A DNA stretch of 63,423 nt, filler included, from 6 parts of 6 records of this genome joined end to end with filler, not necessarily neighbours in it; one strand, 5' to 3'. Counted from the whole stretch's first letter, positions 30,852 through 41,513 are shown. Made by a program: numbers and translations. The notes: generated by a model not told the origin, from the letters alone.

Positions 30852-31675
30852 ATGGATTATTACATTGGTACATTGGTTTTCGTTTTTGGACTGTTAATAG
30901 GGTCATTTTTAAATGTATGCATTTACAGAATACCTAATGAAAAATCTATTGTTAGTCCTCCTTCGAGTTGTCCAAAATGTAGTAAAAAAATAAAGTGGTA
31001 TGATTTAGTACCTGTTATAAGTTATATTATTCTTAGGGGGAAATGCCGCAACTGTGGTGAGAAGATATCGCCCAGATATATGTTAATAGAATTACTAACT
31101 GGTGTGTTATTTCTACTTTGTTTTTTGGCATTAGGATTGACTAGCCAATTTTTTGCCTATATAGTACTTACAAGTATTTTGATTACAATAACTTTTATTG
31201 ATATAGACTATAAGATTATTCCAGACCCATTAATGATATTAGGTCTGGTTTTAGGGATTTTATTTATTGTTTTAGGTTTTGTACCTGCAGAGGGACAGGC
31301 TTTTTGGGAAAATGTGATATCTGCTCTATTAGGAATGTTATGTGGTGCAGGACCGTTAATTATAATAAATCTTATAACCAATATTATTATCAAGCGAGAT
31401 GGAATTGGTGGAGGGGATATTAAATTAATGGGAGTTGTTGGACTATTTTTAGGAATTAAGAATATTATCTTAGCTTTAGTACTAGGCGTTATAATAGCTG
31501 GAGTATTTGCGATTTTTCATATGAGAAAAGTTAAGTCTAATGAAGATTGTGAAGAAAACGATGAGACAGGATTTAACTTACACGAAATACCATTTATCCT
31601 TATTTAGCAGTAGGCTGCTTTGTGAGTATGCTATATGGGCAACTAATTTTGGACTGGTATCTTAGCTTACTATAA
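30852..31675 (+). CDS. pilD: Prepilin peptidase (frameshift near the C-terminus, about 31598)
   Basis: GSFLNVCIYRIP, CPKC...CRNC, FIDIDYKIIPD and GGGDIKL. Adding one C restores IPFIPYLAVGCFVSMLYGQLILDWY to the stop at 31675. Confidence 0.9.
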
Positions 31676-31687
31676 AGGATGATTTGT

Positions 31688-32515
31688 ATGCCTAAAAAGA
31701 TCGTAAAAATGTTAAGGAATGAAAAGGGACTTTCATTAGTAGAAGTTCTTATAAGCATTGCCATATTAAGTTTAATTGCAATGACATTTCTTAATGTATT
31801 TTTAACTTCATTTAATAATTCTATTAAAGCACAGGAAATAACTAACTATACTTATGCAACTCAGGGACTAGTTGAAGAACTGAGATCATACGATTATGGT
31901 ACATTGCTAAAAGAATATAGAGACCATCCAGGCAAAGAAAACTTTGACATAAATGGTGATGATGAACCTGATTGTTTTGTACAATTTTCAGTACAGCCGT
32001 ATGGTGTTATGGACAAAGCGGCAGATGGAAAACCTGGGGCTTTTGTTCATTTAATGTATTTAGTAGATAAAGTACTAGTAGTTTACGGAGATGGTAAAAT
32101 GATTCATACAAGTGCTAAGACAAATCCGTCGATAAGTCTGTATGTGAATCCGAACAGTGATGCATGTCGGCTAACAGTTAATGGAAATTCAATGCAATTT
32201 AGCAGAATAGATAAAGATAAGCGTGTTTGCGTTATTGCAAATCTTAATTATAAAGATTTAGGTTATAACAATAAATTAGTAGTAACAGGGGATCGAGGGG
32301 ATGTAATTGCAAAATCATATGGTAACGATGTAATAATTGATGAATTTGAAGCCGATGTCTCTTTACAGCAGTTTACAGGGATTCAAAATGCAAATTCTTG
32401 CTTAGTTAAAATTGATATTGAGCTATTTCATGATATAAATGACAGTGTCTCATTTTTTAGTATATCTGAAATTTGTGAAATAATTATAGGGGATCGTGAT
32501 TCTTTGGTACCGTAA
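31688..32515 (+). CDS. Type IV minor pilin (PilV-like)
   Basis: Class III signal NEKG|LSLVEVLISIAIL. Confidence 0.8.
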   Translation: MPKKIVKMLRNEKGLSLVEVLISIAILSLIAMTFLNVFLTSFNNSIKAQEITNYTYATQGLVEELRSYDYGTLLKEYRDHPGKENFDINGDDEPDCFVQFSVQPYGVMDKAADGKPGAFVHLMYLVDKVLVVYGDGKMIHTSAKTNPSISLYVNPNSDACRLTVNGNSMQFSRIDKDKRVCVIANLNYKDLGYNNKLVVTGDRGDVIAKSYGNDVIIDEFEADVSLQQFTGIQNANSCLVKIDIELFHDINDSVSFFSISEICEIIIGDRDSLVP

Positions 32516-32536
32516 TTAAAAAGATGGGTTGAGAAA

Positions 32537-32995
32537 ATGATATTTAAGAATAATAAAGGTTTTACATTACTTGAAGTATTAATTACATTTGCTATTGCTG
32601 CACTTGTATTTTCTTTGATTGCACCTCTTTTCATAACAGGCATAGAATTCTTTGGTCATAGTAATTCTATGGTACTGGATCAAACTAATTTACGGAAAAT
32701 AATGACTGACATGAGTAGGGAAATAAGAGATGCATCAAATGTAAATGTGATTTCTGCTACTGAAATAGAAGTAGGTAACTGTACTTATAAATACGTAGCA
32801 GATGACGGACAGATAACTAAGTATTTCACAGATACGGATACAACGGTTATTGTTTCCAGTAGGGTGGAAACTTTTCAAATAATTCAAGATAATTCAGTTA
32901 TTGAATTTAGAGTTAAGGCTGACGGGGCTGGTTCTACAATTGTAACAAAAGTTAGTGTTAGAGAAAGGGTAATGCCCACACCAGAGATAGCATAG
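32537..32995 (+). CDS. Type IV minor pilin (PilW-like)
   Basis: Class III signal NNKG|FTLLEVLITFAI and MSREIRDA. Confidence 0.85.
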   Translation: MIFKNNKGFTLLEVLITFAIAALVFSLIAPLFITGIEFFGHSNSMVLDQTNLRKIMTDMSREIRDASNVNVISATEIEVGNCTYKYVADDGQITKYFTDTDTTVIVSSRVETFQIIQDNSVIEFRVKADGAGSTIVTKVSVRERVMPTPEIA

Positions 32996-33014
32996 CATTA
33001 TGGAGGAACACATT

Positions 33015-35570
33015 ATGTTAAGAACGAGAAAAGCTGTAAAGAGAATATATAGAAACTTTAATAATGAAAGAGGTTCTACGCTTTTAACTGTCCTAATTAT
33101 TATGTTGATATTTGCTGTAATTGGTTCTGCAGTATTAATTACATCAGCAAATAACTTAAACATTTCTCAAAGGATGTCGGAGTATGAAGACACATATTAT
33201 ATGGCAGAAGCGAATGCACAATATGCTTTGACATTTGTTAAAGAAGAAGTAACAAAGTATTATATGGAATTACAAGCAATAACTGCTGATAAAAAATGGG
33301 AATATATTCAAGCAATGAAAGAATTTTATCCTTCGATTATCAAAAAAGTTTCAACAAGCGATGATTATGCTAGTACTTGCGAATTTACACCTCTTGACTT
33401 TAGTGATGAAGGTGTTAATACAACTGTAAATATCACTATTGATACGGATACACCACTGCCTACTTCAGATTTTGGGGAAGAGGGTAATGCTGTCCGGTTT
33501 TTAATTGAAAGTATTGCAGAATCTGAAAAAAGTCGTCGTGTTGTAAATGCTGTTTTAGTATTAGATGATCCAGATGTTGACTGGGACATGACATCTGCAC
33601 CGCCAATGACGGATATGAGAATGCTGATTGGTAATGAAATAGTGCTTACAGATGACTGGAATGCTGGTGAATACAACTCCATATTCTGTAGAGGCAGTGC
33701 TTTGATTGCATATTCATTTGTTGACCAATTTCTAGAAGACCATCAAGAATTTTTAAATACATACACTTATGATTTTAGTAATGCAGTACCCAAAATGCTA
33801 AAATGGGATTTGCAATATGATAAATTCCCCACACATGATGCATTTGAAACTTTTGAATCAATGTTTGAGGCTTCTACAAATGGTACCAATACTTATGATG
33901 TTTATTACGACTGGAGAAACAGGACAATAGATTATAATATTCCTTGGCCAGCGCCTTTAACATACCCTAATGCTGATATCATTGATAGTAGTGTAGATAA
34001 GGATGATGTTGACTTTTATTATACCCAGTCAACGTGGCGAGATACTATGAATTATACTACCACATATGAAGGAACAGTCGATGACCCAGTAAGGATATAT
34101 GCTGTTAGGGATATTGAACTAAGCGGACGAAAGAATATTAAAAACTGCTACATTTATGCAGAAAGAGATATTGAGATTAATATTCGTGGTTATATGGAGA
34201 ATGTAATTATAATTTCCAATCAAGGGTATATTGAGATTAATTGTAATTATATAGTAAACTCTACACACTCTCTTATAAAAGCTAAATATGATTTAGATAT
34301 TATTGTAGATGTTGGAGCGCTAATTAAGAATGTAGTTGGTGTATCAAAATATGGAGGTATAACAATTGACCATGATAGTAGTAATAGCGCATACAAGAAA
34401 AAGCTCAAAATGTATAATTGCTATCTATATACAAACAAAGATGATAGAGACGGTATGATATACCTTAGAAATGTATATTCACATAAATCGTTTTATAATG
34501 CCGGAAAAGATTTAATCTTAAGAAATTGTTCTGGAAGAGGTTCAGGATATTATGCTCATGGATATACCGATAGTGACCTAAATAGCTCGGATAAATATTA
34601 TAAATTGTACTTAGGTAATTATTATAATCGTAGATATGTGGACTATAATTATTATATGCAATACCGTGTAGATAGATCGTATTATCGGAGATATATGAGA
34701 GGGATTATAATTATTTCTGAACTTCCTGAATTGGGACTTGATCAGGAGCAATATGAAAATGTATTTATTACCTGTGATTTTACTACAAATGAAAGTATCT
34801 TTGTTAGTGATCCAAGATATGATGCGTCATACAGTGCGCAAATAGTCGATTTGCAGTATTGCAGAATTATAGCTGCAAGGGAAGTCTTAATTGAAGATGT
34901 AAAAATGTTTACTTGTTATACTTTTGCAGGTATTAGAGGATATGAGAATGAACAAGAATACTACTACTATTGGGGTACATATAGGTTATATGCAGTAAGA
35001 GGCATATATATGCGTATGGATCATAGTCATAATGATATTAGACATTCTGTTTTTTACTCTAGAGGAAGAATGATGTATAGTCAGCATACACCAGACTATC
35101 AGTATCCAATAAGTGAGCATGGGAAGAAAAGAGTTTATGATAGTTTCTTCTACTCAATTAATAATTTTGATTACAACGGAACGTCAACAACTGAAGGATT
35201 GGATACAACGGTCATGAGGAACGATAGTGATTTATGCAACGACATGATTATTATGACAGAGTCAAATCTAGGACCGCATGAATTTTCTCCAAGTATTGCA
35301 AATGATGTAGTATTTATTGGAGGAAGCTTAGAACTAGATCCTGACAGGCCGCATTGGAGTGGAAAGTTAGAGAATATAATTGGTGAAGAAAAAATCGGAG
35401 AGTATGGCATTGACAACAGTATTGATGTGCAAACACATATTTTATATGAAAATTATTTTGAACAATTACTTGACTTAGATGAAATACAGAGAAATTCACC
35501 TACTTTTGGAGATGTATTTATTTTTGAAGATATATATGAAAAAACAGAAGCAGAAATGGAGGGTAGTTAA
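33015..35570 (+). CDS. Large PilX-like minor pilin with a Tyr-rich beta-helix-like C-terminal region
   Basis: NERG|STLLTVLIIM (no Glu5, as in PilX/GspK), TYYMAEA and repeated IYA.RDIEI-like strands. RBS GGAGG precedes ATG 33015. Confidence 0.75.
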   Translation: MLRTRKAVKRIYRNFNNERGSTLLTVLIIMLIFAVIGSAVLITSANNLNISQRMSEYEDTYYMAEANAQYALTFVKEEVTKYYMELQAITADKKWEYIQAMKEFYPSIIKKVSTSDDYASTCEFTPLDFSDEGVNTTVNITIDTDTPLPTSDFGEEGNAVRFLIESIAESEKSRRVVNAVLVLDDPDVDWDMTSAPPMTDMRMLIGNEIVLTDDWNAGEYNSIFCRGSALIAYSFVDQFLEDHQEFLNTYTYDFSNAVPKMLKWDLQYDKFPTHDAFETFESMFEASTNGTNTYDVYYDWRNRTIDYNIPWPAPLTYPNADIIDSSVDKDDVDFYYTQSTWRDTMNYTTTYEGTVDDPVRIYAVRDIELSGRKNIKNCYIYAERDIEINIRGYMENVIIISNQGYIEINCNYIVNSTHSLIKAKYDLDIIVDVGALIKNVVGVSKYGGITIDHDSSNSAYKKKLKMYNCYLYTNKDDRDGMIYLRNVYSHKSFYNAGKDLILRNCSGRGSGYYAHGYTDSDLNSSDKYYKLYLGNYYNRRYVDYNYYMQYRVDRSYYRRYMRGIIIISELPELGLDQEQYENVFITCDFTTNESIFVSDPRYDASYSAQIVDLQYCRIIAAREVLIEDVKMFTCYTFAGIRGYENEQEYYYYWGTYRLYAVRGIYMRMDHSHNDIRHSVFYSRGRMMYSQHTPDYQYPISEHGKKRVYDSFFYSINNFDYNGTSTTEGLDTTVMRNDSDLCNDMIIMTESNLGPHEFSPSIANDVVFIGGSLELDPDRPHWSGKLENIIGEEKIGEYGIDNSIDVQTHILYENYFEQLLDLDEIQRNSPTFGDVFIFEDIYEKTEAEMEGS

Positions 35571-36613
35571 TGGGGATTAAACAGCATAAAATAGTAGCTG
35601 TTGATGTAGGTCAGCATTCACTTAATATGGTTTTAGGCAATGGACAGGGGATGATAACGAAAGCTACTACGGTAAAAGTGCCAGATGGTGTTATAACAAG
35701 CTCTAGATTAAATTCTCCTGAGATGTTGTCTGCAGCGTTAAGGGAAGCAAGAAACAAGGCCAAAATTACCGATAGCAATAGCGTTCTAACAATTGGAGGA
35801 AGGGAAGTAATAATAAGATATTTTACACTTCCTAAGATGGGCGATGTTCATTTGAGAGAAAATTTAATTAGTGAATTATCATCATATTTACCATTCAGTG
35901 CTGATCAATATAGCATTGACTATGCAATCAAAGATGTAGTTAAAAATGATAGCAGTGTTGAATACAAAGTTATGGTAGTAGCAATACATAATGAGGTTAT
36001 CACTCCATATGTTGAGGCCTTTAAGCAAGCTGGATTAAAGTTAAGACGAATTGACATTCGCGATAATAGCTATGAAAAGCTAATGAAAGCTTTATCTATG
36101 AGGAATTTCCGTGTGAAGGATAATTTTAGTATTATTGATATTGGTGCGAGTTCAACTACAGTATCCACTTATGCTGATAAAAGATTCTTTATAAATAATA
36201 CTAATAATATAGGTGGTAATTATTTTAGAGATGCAATAGCTGAATTATACAATATAAATACACTGCTTGCTGAAGAAAAAAAGCTGGAAGTTAGTAAATT
36301 AGATTATACTAATCAAGATAAGAATATAATGGATACCATGAATGGTTTCTTTGAAAGACTTGTTTCGGATGCTGCTCGTGTTTTTGAATTTTTTAAAGCA
36401 AACAATGACCAGCGGGGAGTAGAAGAAATATTTCTAACTGGAGGATCATCTGCAATTAAAGGAATGGCCGCCTATGTTGAATCGAGTAGTGATATTCCCA
36501 CAACAGAATTAAAAGATATAATAAAGGTTTTGTTTTCTAACAGGATTGTTAGCGAACTAGATTTGGAATTATATAGTAGTGCCGTTGGTGCAACTTTTTG
36601 GGAGGCGGATTAG
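35570..36613 (+). CDS. pilM: Type IV pilus assembly protein PilM
   Basis: Actin-like motifs VAVDVGQ, IIDIGASST and IFLTGGSS, plus VIIRYFTLP and YLPF. Confidence 0.88.
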   Translation: MGIKQHKIVAVDVGQHSLNMVLGNGQGMITKATTVKVPDGVITSSRLNSPEMLSAALREARNKAKITDSNSVLTIGGREVIIRYFTLPKMGDVHLRENLISELSSYLPFSADQYSIDYAIKDVVKNDSSVEYKVMVVAIHNEVITPYVEAFKQAGLKLRRIDIRDNSYEKLMKALSMRNFRVKDNFSIIDIGASSTTVSTYADKRFFINNTNNIGGNYFRDAIAELYNINTLLAEEKKLEVSKLDYTNQDKNIMDTMNGFFERLVSDAARVFEFFKANNDQRGVEEIFLTGGSSAIKGMAAYVESSSDIPTTELKDIIKVLFSNRIVSELDLELYSSAVGATFWEAD

Positions 36614-36615
36614 TT

Positions 36616-37239
36616 ATGAAAAGAGATATTAACTTACTTCCTATTAAAAGTGGCAGTTCAAAGCAATCAAAAGGTATAGTGATAGGTATTATGATAGCTA
36701 TCTTGTACGCCATATCACTGGCAGTAGCAATATTAATTCCAAAGGGAATAAAAGCTGCTAAAGAACTTGTTAATCAAGGTCTTGAATTACAAATAGCTGG
36801 ATTGCAGCCACAAGTTGATGAGTATAATCAATTAAAGGAAGAATTAAATGAATTGAAATTAACTATAGAGTCTACTAGTTCATTAGATTTTAGTAAATAT
36901 AATGCGCTTGATATTTTTGATATAATAGTAAATACTTGTCCAACAGGTGTAAAGGTGGAGGCTGTGGATAATACGCAAATGTCTGTTGTAATTGACGTAA
37001 TTGCTCAGGATAATTATCAGATTGCACAATTTGCTCTAGAATTAGAGCGTACAGGGCATTTTGCAAATGTAAGTATCGGTGGAACTACTCCAGCAGATAT
37101 CATATTAGACGAAAATGAACAATCCACAGGAGGCGATGGAGTAAGAGGTAATTTATATCTTCTCTATGATCTTAGTATCGCTGAAGAGGAGACAGAAGAA
37201 GATTCTACAGATGAGTCGACAGGGGAGGATGGAGCTTAA
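36616..37239 (+). CDS. pilN: PilN domain protein
   Basis: DINLLP motif, TM helix, coiled coil, and IAQFALELE...FANV. Confidence 0.85.
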   Translation: MKRDINLLPIKSGSSKQSKGIVIGIMIAILYAISLAVAILIPKGIKAAKELVNQGLELQIAGLQPQVDEYNQLKEELNELKLTIESTSSLDFSKYNALDIFDIIVNTCPTGVKVEAVDNTQMSVVIDVIAQDNYQIAQFALELERTGHFANVSIGGTTPADIILDENEQSTGGDGVRGNLYLLYDLSIAEEETEEDSTDESTGEDGA

Positions 37240-37898
37240 TGAAGATTGCTAAAAAAGAAGCTATAATAATAGTTGCTATCGTATTTGTAATTACTGCTGC
37301 CGTCTATTATGTTTATTTTCTTATGCCTTTTAATGATGAAATGGATCAAATAGACCTATCAATTGAGCAAAAATTGATACAGATTATGTCTATGGAAAGC
37401 TCCATAGAACTAATACCAGAAGTTAAAAGCGAGATAGATTTATTAGAAAATAAGATCGCCGAAGAAACAAAGGGTATACCAAAGGGGATTAGTCACCCAC
37501 TACAATTGGCTGAGATAACTAAGATTATTAATGATGAAGATTCAGAAGGATTAGTTACTGTTTTTAGCCAAAATGCCGAAACCTTTGAAAACTATCAAAT
37601 AAACACAGTTGATATTAACTTTTCTACAACATATGAGAAACTTATATTAATGTTAACTGAATTCTCAGAGATTTCAATGACAAACCAGATAGTAACGATT
37701 AAAGCATCAAATACTGATGGTGATTTAGAGTTCTATTCTAAACTTAGAGAGGGATTCTATTTAAGTGTTGGAATGACAATAGATTTTTATTCATTCTATA
37801 AAGATATAGATGCTGAACCAATTGAGAAACAGCCATTTGAGGATGGTGAAATAGAATACAAAAACCCATTTGTTTCAGATGACGAAAGTGCAAATTAA
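37239..37898 (+). CDS. pilO: PilO-like protein
   Basis: N-terminal TM, coiled coil, TYEKLILML and C-terminal KNPF. Follows pilMN. Confidence 0.75.
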   Translation: MKIAKKEAIIIVAIVFVITAAVYYVYFLMPFNDEMDQIDLSIEQKLIQIMSMESSIELIPEVKSEIDLLENKIAEETKGIPKGISHPLQLAEITKIINDEDSEGLVTVFSQNAETFENYQINTVDINFSTTYEKLILMLTEFSEISMTNQIVTIKASNTDGDLEFYSKLREGFYLSVGMTIDFYSFYKDIDAEPIEKQPFEDGEIEYKNPFVSDDESAN

Positions 37899-37906
37899 AT
37901 ATAATT

Positions 37907-37945
37907 AAAAGCCTCTATATAGGTATTGTTATATAAAGGCTTTTT
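37907..37945 (+). terminator. Intrinsic terminator of the pil cluster
   Basis: AAAAGCCTCTATAT / ATATAAAGGCTTTT stem with a T-tract. Confidence 0.65.
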
Positions 37946-38210
37946 CTATTATTAGTGTTATTTATAATATGAATAGAAAATATAGTTATACGATAAAATA
38001 TATTATAAGCACAAACTAAATATTTTTAGAATTCATGTAAACCTCCTAAATGGTGTAAAAATAAAATACCATAATGGAGGTTTTATTATATTAGACATGT
38101 ATAACTTATTAGCTTTCATTTTATAAAACACTAAAATACACTTGATTAAAGTTTTAAACTTTATCAAATATGTGATATAATAAATGCGAAATATATGATG
38201 GTGGATAATA

Positions 38211-38651
38211 ATGAAAAAAGATACAGAAAAGATTCTTAATGAAATAGCAGGGACAGGATCAATAACAGAATTTCTAGAAGAAAATAAAGAGCAATTCGAT
38301 TTGCTGACAATTGGTGAATATATTGAATTTGAATTAGACAGTAAAAAACTAAAAAAAGAAAAGGTTATTAAAGATAGTGGTATTGTTAAAAGATACTTTA
38401 ATCAAATAATATCAGGGGATAAAACACCATCTAGAAGATATATTATTAGGATACTATTAAGCATGGAGATTGATTTGCCTGATGTTCAATGGTATTTAAA
38501 GGCTTGTGGTTACAATCAGCTGTATGTAAAGAACAAGCGGGATGCTATTATAATATATTGCATTAATCAAAAACTAGCGGTTAAGGAATGCAATAAAATG
38601 CTTAATAATGTAGGGTTGGAGAACTTAGGTTTTGAAAATACTAGAAGATAG
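38211..38651 (+). CDS. XRE-family HTH protein (clostridial type)
   Basis: KVIKDSGIVKRYFNQIISGDKTPSRRYII HTH and a LYVKNKRDAIIIYCI C-terminal motif. Extended -10 TGATATAAT upstream at about 38173-38181. Confidence 0.75.
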   Translation: MKKDTEKILNEIAGTGSITEFLEENKEQFDLLTIGEYIEFELDSKKLKKEKVIKDSGIVKRYFNQIISGDKTPSRRYIIRILLSMEIDLPDVQWYLKACGYNQLYVKNKRDAIIIYCINQKLAVKECNKMLNNVGLENLGFENTRR

Positions 38652-40968
38652 AGGATACATTTACAAAAGACATTTATCTACTGGCGGAGAAGGAGAAGTC
38701 CACCTTATTAAGAGTGTAGATAAAGAGTTTATAGCAAAAATATTTCCACATCTTAGTGATAATTCTGTCGATATATTAAAAACTATTCAAAGACTAAATA
38801 TAGCTGGAATACCCAAAATTCATGATATATTTAACTATAAGGACAAGACAATAATAATTAGAGATTATGTCAAAGGTACAACCCTATATAGTGAAATATA
38901 TAAAAATGAATACCTCGCACTAAAACGAGCAAAAACTATAATTCTTAATATATGTAAAACTTTAAAACAGTTGCACAATGCAAAGCCAAACCCTATAATT
39001 TATAGAGATTTAAAGCCAGAAAACATTATTATTACACCTGAGGGAGATATAAAGCTAATTGACTTTGGTATAGCAAGATTCTACAATATGGAAAGAACTC
39101 GGGATACGGTTCTTGCGGGAACAAGGGGTTATACTGCACCTGAGGTTTTGGCAGGCATGCAAAGCGACCAAAGAAGTGATATATATTCTGCTGGACTTTT
39201 GTTTTATGAGATGATAACAGGAAAAAACTTACTTGTACCTCCCTTTCAAATTAGACCAGTTAAAGAGTCTAATGAGTTTTTACCTGAGTGGATTGATGAT
39301 GTAATAAAAAAATCTACCGATTTGAGCTTGACTAAGAGATATAAAATCATTGATGATTTTATTAATGCAATTGAAAACCCAGTAATTAAGAACAAATCGC
39401 AATATTTAAAATCTAAGATTATTAAGGGAATTACAATAGCAATTGCAGTGACTATAATAGTAGCGGGGGCTTTAATTGGTTTTTCAAAGCTTAATATTTT
39501 TAACAAAAATAAAACTGTGCCATCAGACAACGTAGTCAATACAACGACAGACGATTATACAAACTATCAGAGTGCAAACAGTCCTGAAGCTGATGAGAAT
39601 TCTGTGATAAACAATGTATTGCAGGATACTGTTATAATGTTTGAAGAAACAAAGGAACAGCTGATAATAAACAGTGGAGCTAATGTTGGAACAACCGAAG
39701 ACAAAAGAGAGCTATCCAGTCAAGGAGTTGTGTTTACATCAGATGCTAACCAAACTTCATTTATTTCATTTTCAAAAAAACTAGACAGTTTTGGAAATGG
39801 CAATCAAGCAATTTATATAAAATTCAAACCATCTAGCAGCAGTTTTGCTATAGAGCTTACAGAAGAATATAATTGTGGAATAAGTGCTAATGAACAAGGG
39901 GAATTGATGCTTATAGTTGGAGCATATGATTATAGTGAACTGTTGACTTCAAATTTTACAATTGAACCTGATAATTGGTATCATGCATTACTTGCTATGG
40001 GCACAGACGGTCTTGTGCAGGGTGCGATTTGGGAAGACGGACAAAGTGAGCGAGCAATCTATGCTAATCTTCATATAGATAGATCTTTTGGTGGTGATAA
40101 TTACAGCAGCAGATCATGGCAAGCAAATATAGGATATAACAAGGAGATTATCATAGAGAAGTATGCCTACTATACTTTTAGCGACTTCCAAGCCGCTGAC
40201 AGAGTCATAGAAGTTACACAAAAAAATGAAAGCTATGAAGTTTTATTGGATTTGCACTTTGATGATCTTAATGATTTTAATTGGCTGTACATGATACGTG
40301 ACAGTGAATATCACGAGCCAGATGAAGGCAGTTTCTCGGAATTGACACATAATGGCATTTTTGATATGCAATATGAGTTTGGCATGGATTATAGGTTTGA
40401 TGAAGGCGATATTTACCATATAAGAATAAAGCCGGGAGCAGCTGATGACGATGGGACTTTGCTTCTTCTGTGCTTTTCGCCTCATATCGATAATAATTGG
40501 CATGATGATTCATTTGAATTGAAATTTGATAATAAACAATCTTTTTTTGGCGAGATAAGAACGGATTATGGATACTACAATGACAATGCTGATGGTTCAC
40601 CTATGCTGGTCTTGAACAGGTGGTATGATGTAATTGTTTATTTAGATGACAGTCAAACATTTAAATATTTTGTATTTGAAGTAGATGACAGTACAAAAAT
40701 GGCTTATGGTGGAGCTGTAGGAATGAATTATTGGGAAGGACTCGAATACGAAGTTTTCATAGATTTATATTATCATCATTGGCTAGGAAGAAATAAAGAA
40801 ATGCCTATAGGTCAAGTTGACTTCATTAGACATAGTACTGGCTCAATTAATACATATTTAGAAGAAAATATTGAAGCATATCAAGAAAATAAATCGATAA
40901 TTGAGGAGTTTATTGATACTAAAATTGAATTTGTTGACGAAGACAAGTTTACGCAGCATGGATATTGA
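38632..40968 (+). CDS. Membrane Ser/Thr protein kinase with a large non-PASTA extracellular region
   Basis: GGEGEV, IAK, IIYRDLKPEN, DFG, GTRGYTAPE, SDIYSAG and TM helix GITIAIAVTIIVAGALIGF. The TTG start overlaps the XRE gene. Confidence 0.9.
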   Translation: MKILEDRGYIYKRHLSTGGEGEVHLIKSVDKEFIAKIFPHLSDNSVDILKTIQRLNIAGIPKIHDIFNYKDKTIIIRDYVKGTTLYSEIYKNEYLALKRAKTIILNICKTLKQLHNAKPNPIIYRDLKPENIIITPEGDIKLIDFGIARFYNMERTRDTVLAGTRGYTAPEVLAGMQSDQRSDIYSAGLLFYEMITGKNLLVPPFQIRPVKESNEFLPEWIDDVIKKSTDLSLTKRYKIIDDFINAIENPVIKNKSQYLKSKIIKGITIAIAVTIIVAGALIGFSKLNIFNKNKTVPSDNVVNTTTDDYTNYQSANSPEADENSVINNVLQDTVIMFEETKEQLIINSGANVGTTEDKRELSSQGVVFTSDANQTSFISFSKKLDSFGNGNQAIYIKFKPSSSSFAIELTEEYNCGISANEQGELMLIVGAYDYSELLTSNFTIEPDNWYHALLAMGTDGLVQGAIWEDGQSERAIYANLHIDRSFGGDNYSSRSWQANIGYNKEIIIEKYAYYTFSDFQAADRVIEVTQKNESYEVLLDLHFDDLNDFNWLYMIRDSEYHEPDEGSFSELTHNGIFDMQYEFGMDYRFDEGDIYHIRIKPGAADDDGTLLLLCFSPHIDNNWHDDSFELKFDNKQSFFGEIRTDYGYYNDNADGSPMLVLNRWYDVIVYLDDSQTFKYFVFEVDDSTKMAYGGAVGMNYWEGLEYEVFIDLYYHHWLGRNKEMPIGQVDFIRHSTGSINTYLEENIEAYQENKSIIEEFIDTKIEFVDEDKFTQHGY

Positions 40969-41048
40969 TAGGGAGCTATGGGCTCTCTATTTTTTTAATA
41001 AAATAATTGTTATCATTTAATTACCAAGTAATATAGGAGGGTAGATAA

Positions 41049-41513
41049 ATGGATAATAATTTAAATCTGGAGTTTTCGTTGAAACCAGAACATGAAAAAA
41101 CATGTTGGTTTTGCGGTACCAAAAAGCCAGCTGAAAAAAACAAGTGGGCTACGCAGCAGCTAACAAGACCTGCGCCATCAAAATCATATAAAGTTGAAAG
41201 CACCTATGAAATGTTTACCAATGTTCCAAGATGTAAGAGATGTTTTTTAATTCATTTATCAAAGAAAATATTCAACTGGATATTTGCATTGATGTTTATT
41301 TTACCAATGTTTATTACGTCGTTACCATATCAACTGATGAATATAGGATTATCTGGATTAGTATTAGGGTTTATAATTTATAGAGTGGTCATATTAAAGG
41401 TTACAAAACCAGAAGGGTATAAAATTAAATATCCAACTGTAATTGAGCTCAGAAATCAAGGTTATAAACGCTGGTGGGTCACAATGTTTGTAAGAGGCTT
41501 CCAGCAAAAATAA
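41049..41513 (+). CDS. Hypothetical membrane protein with a CxxC...CxxC zinc ribbon
   Basis: CWFC and CKRC plus two TM helices. RBS AGGAGG. Confidence 0.7.
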   Translation: MDNNLNLEFSLKPEHEKTCWFCGTKKPAEKNKWATQQLTRPAPSKSYKVESTYEMFTNVPRCKRCFLIHLSKKIFNWIFALMFILPMFITSLPYQLMNIGLSGLVLGFIIYRVVILKVTKPEGYKIKYPTVIELRNQGYKRWWVTMFVRGFQQK

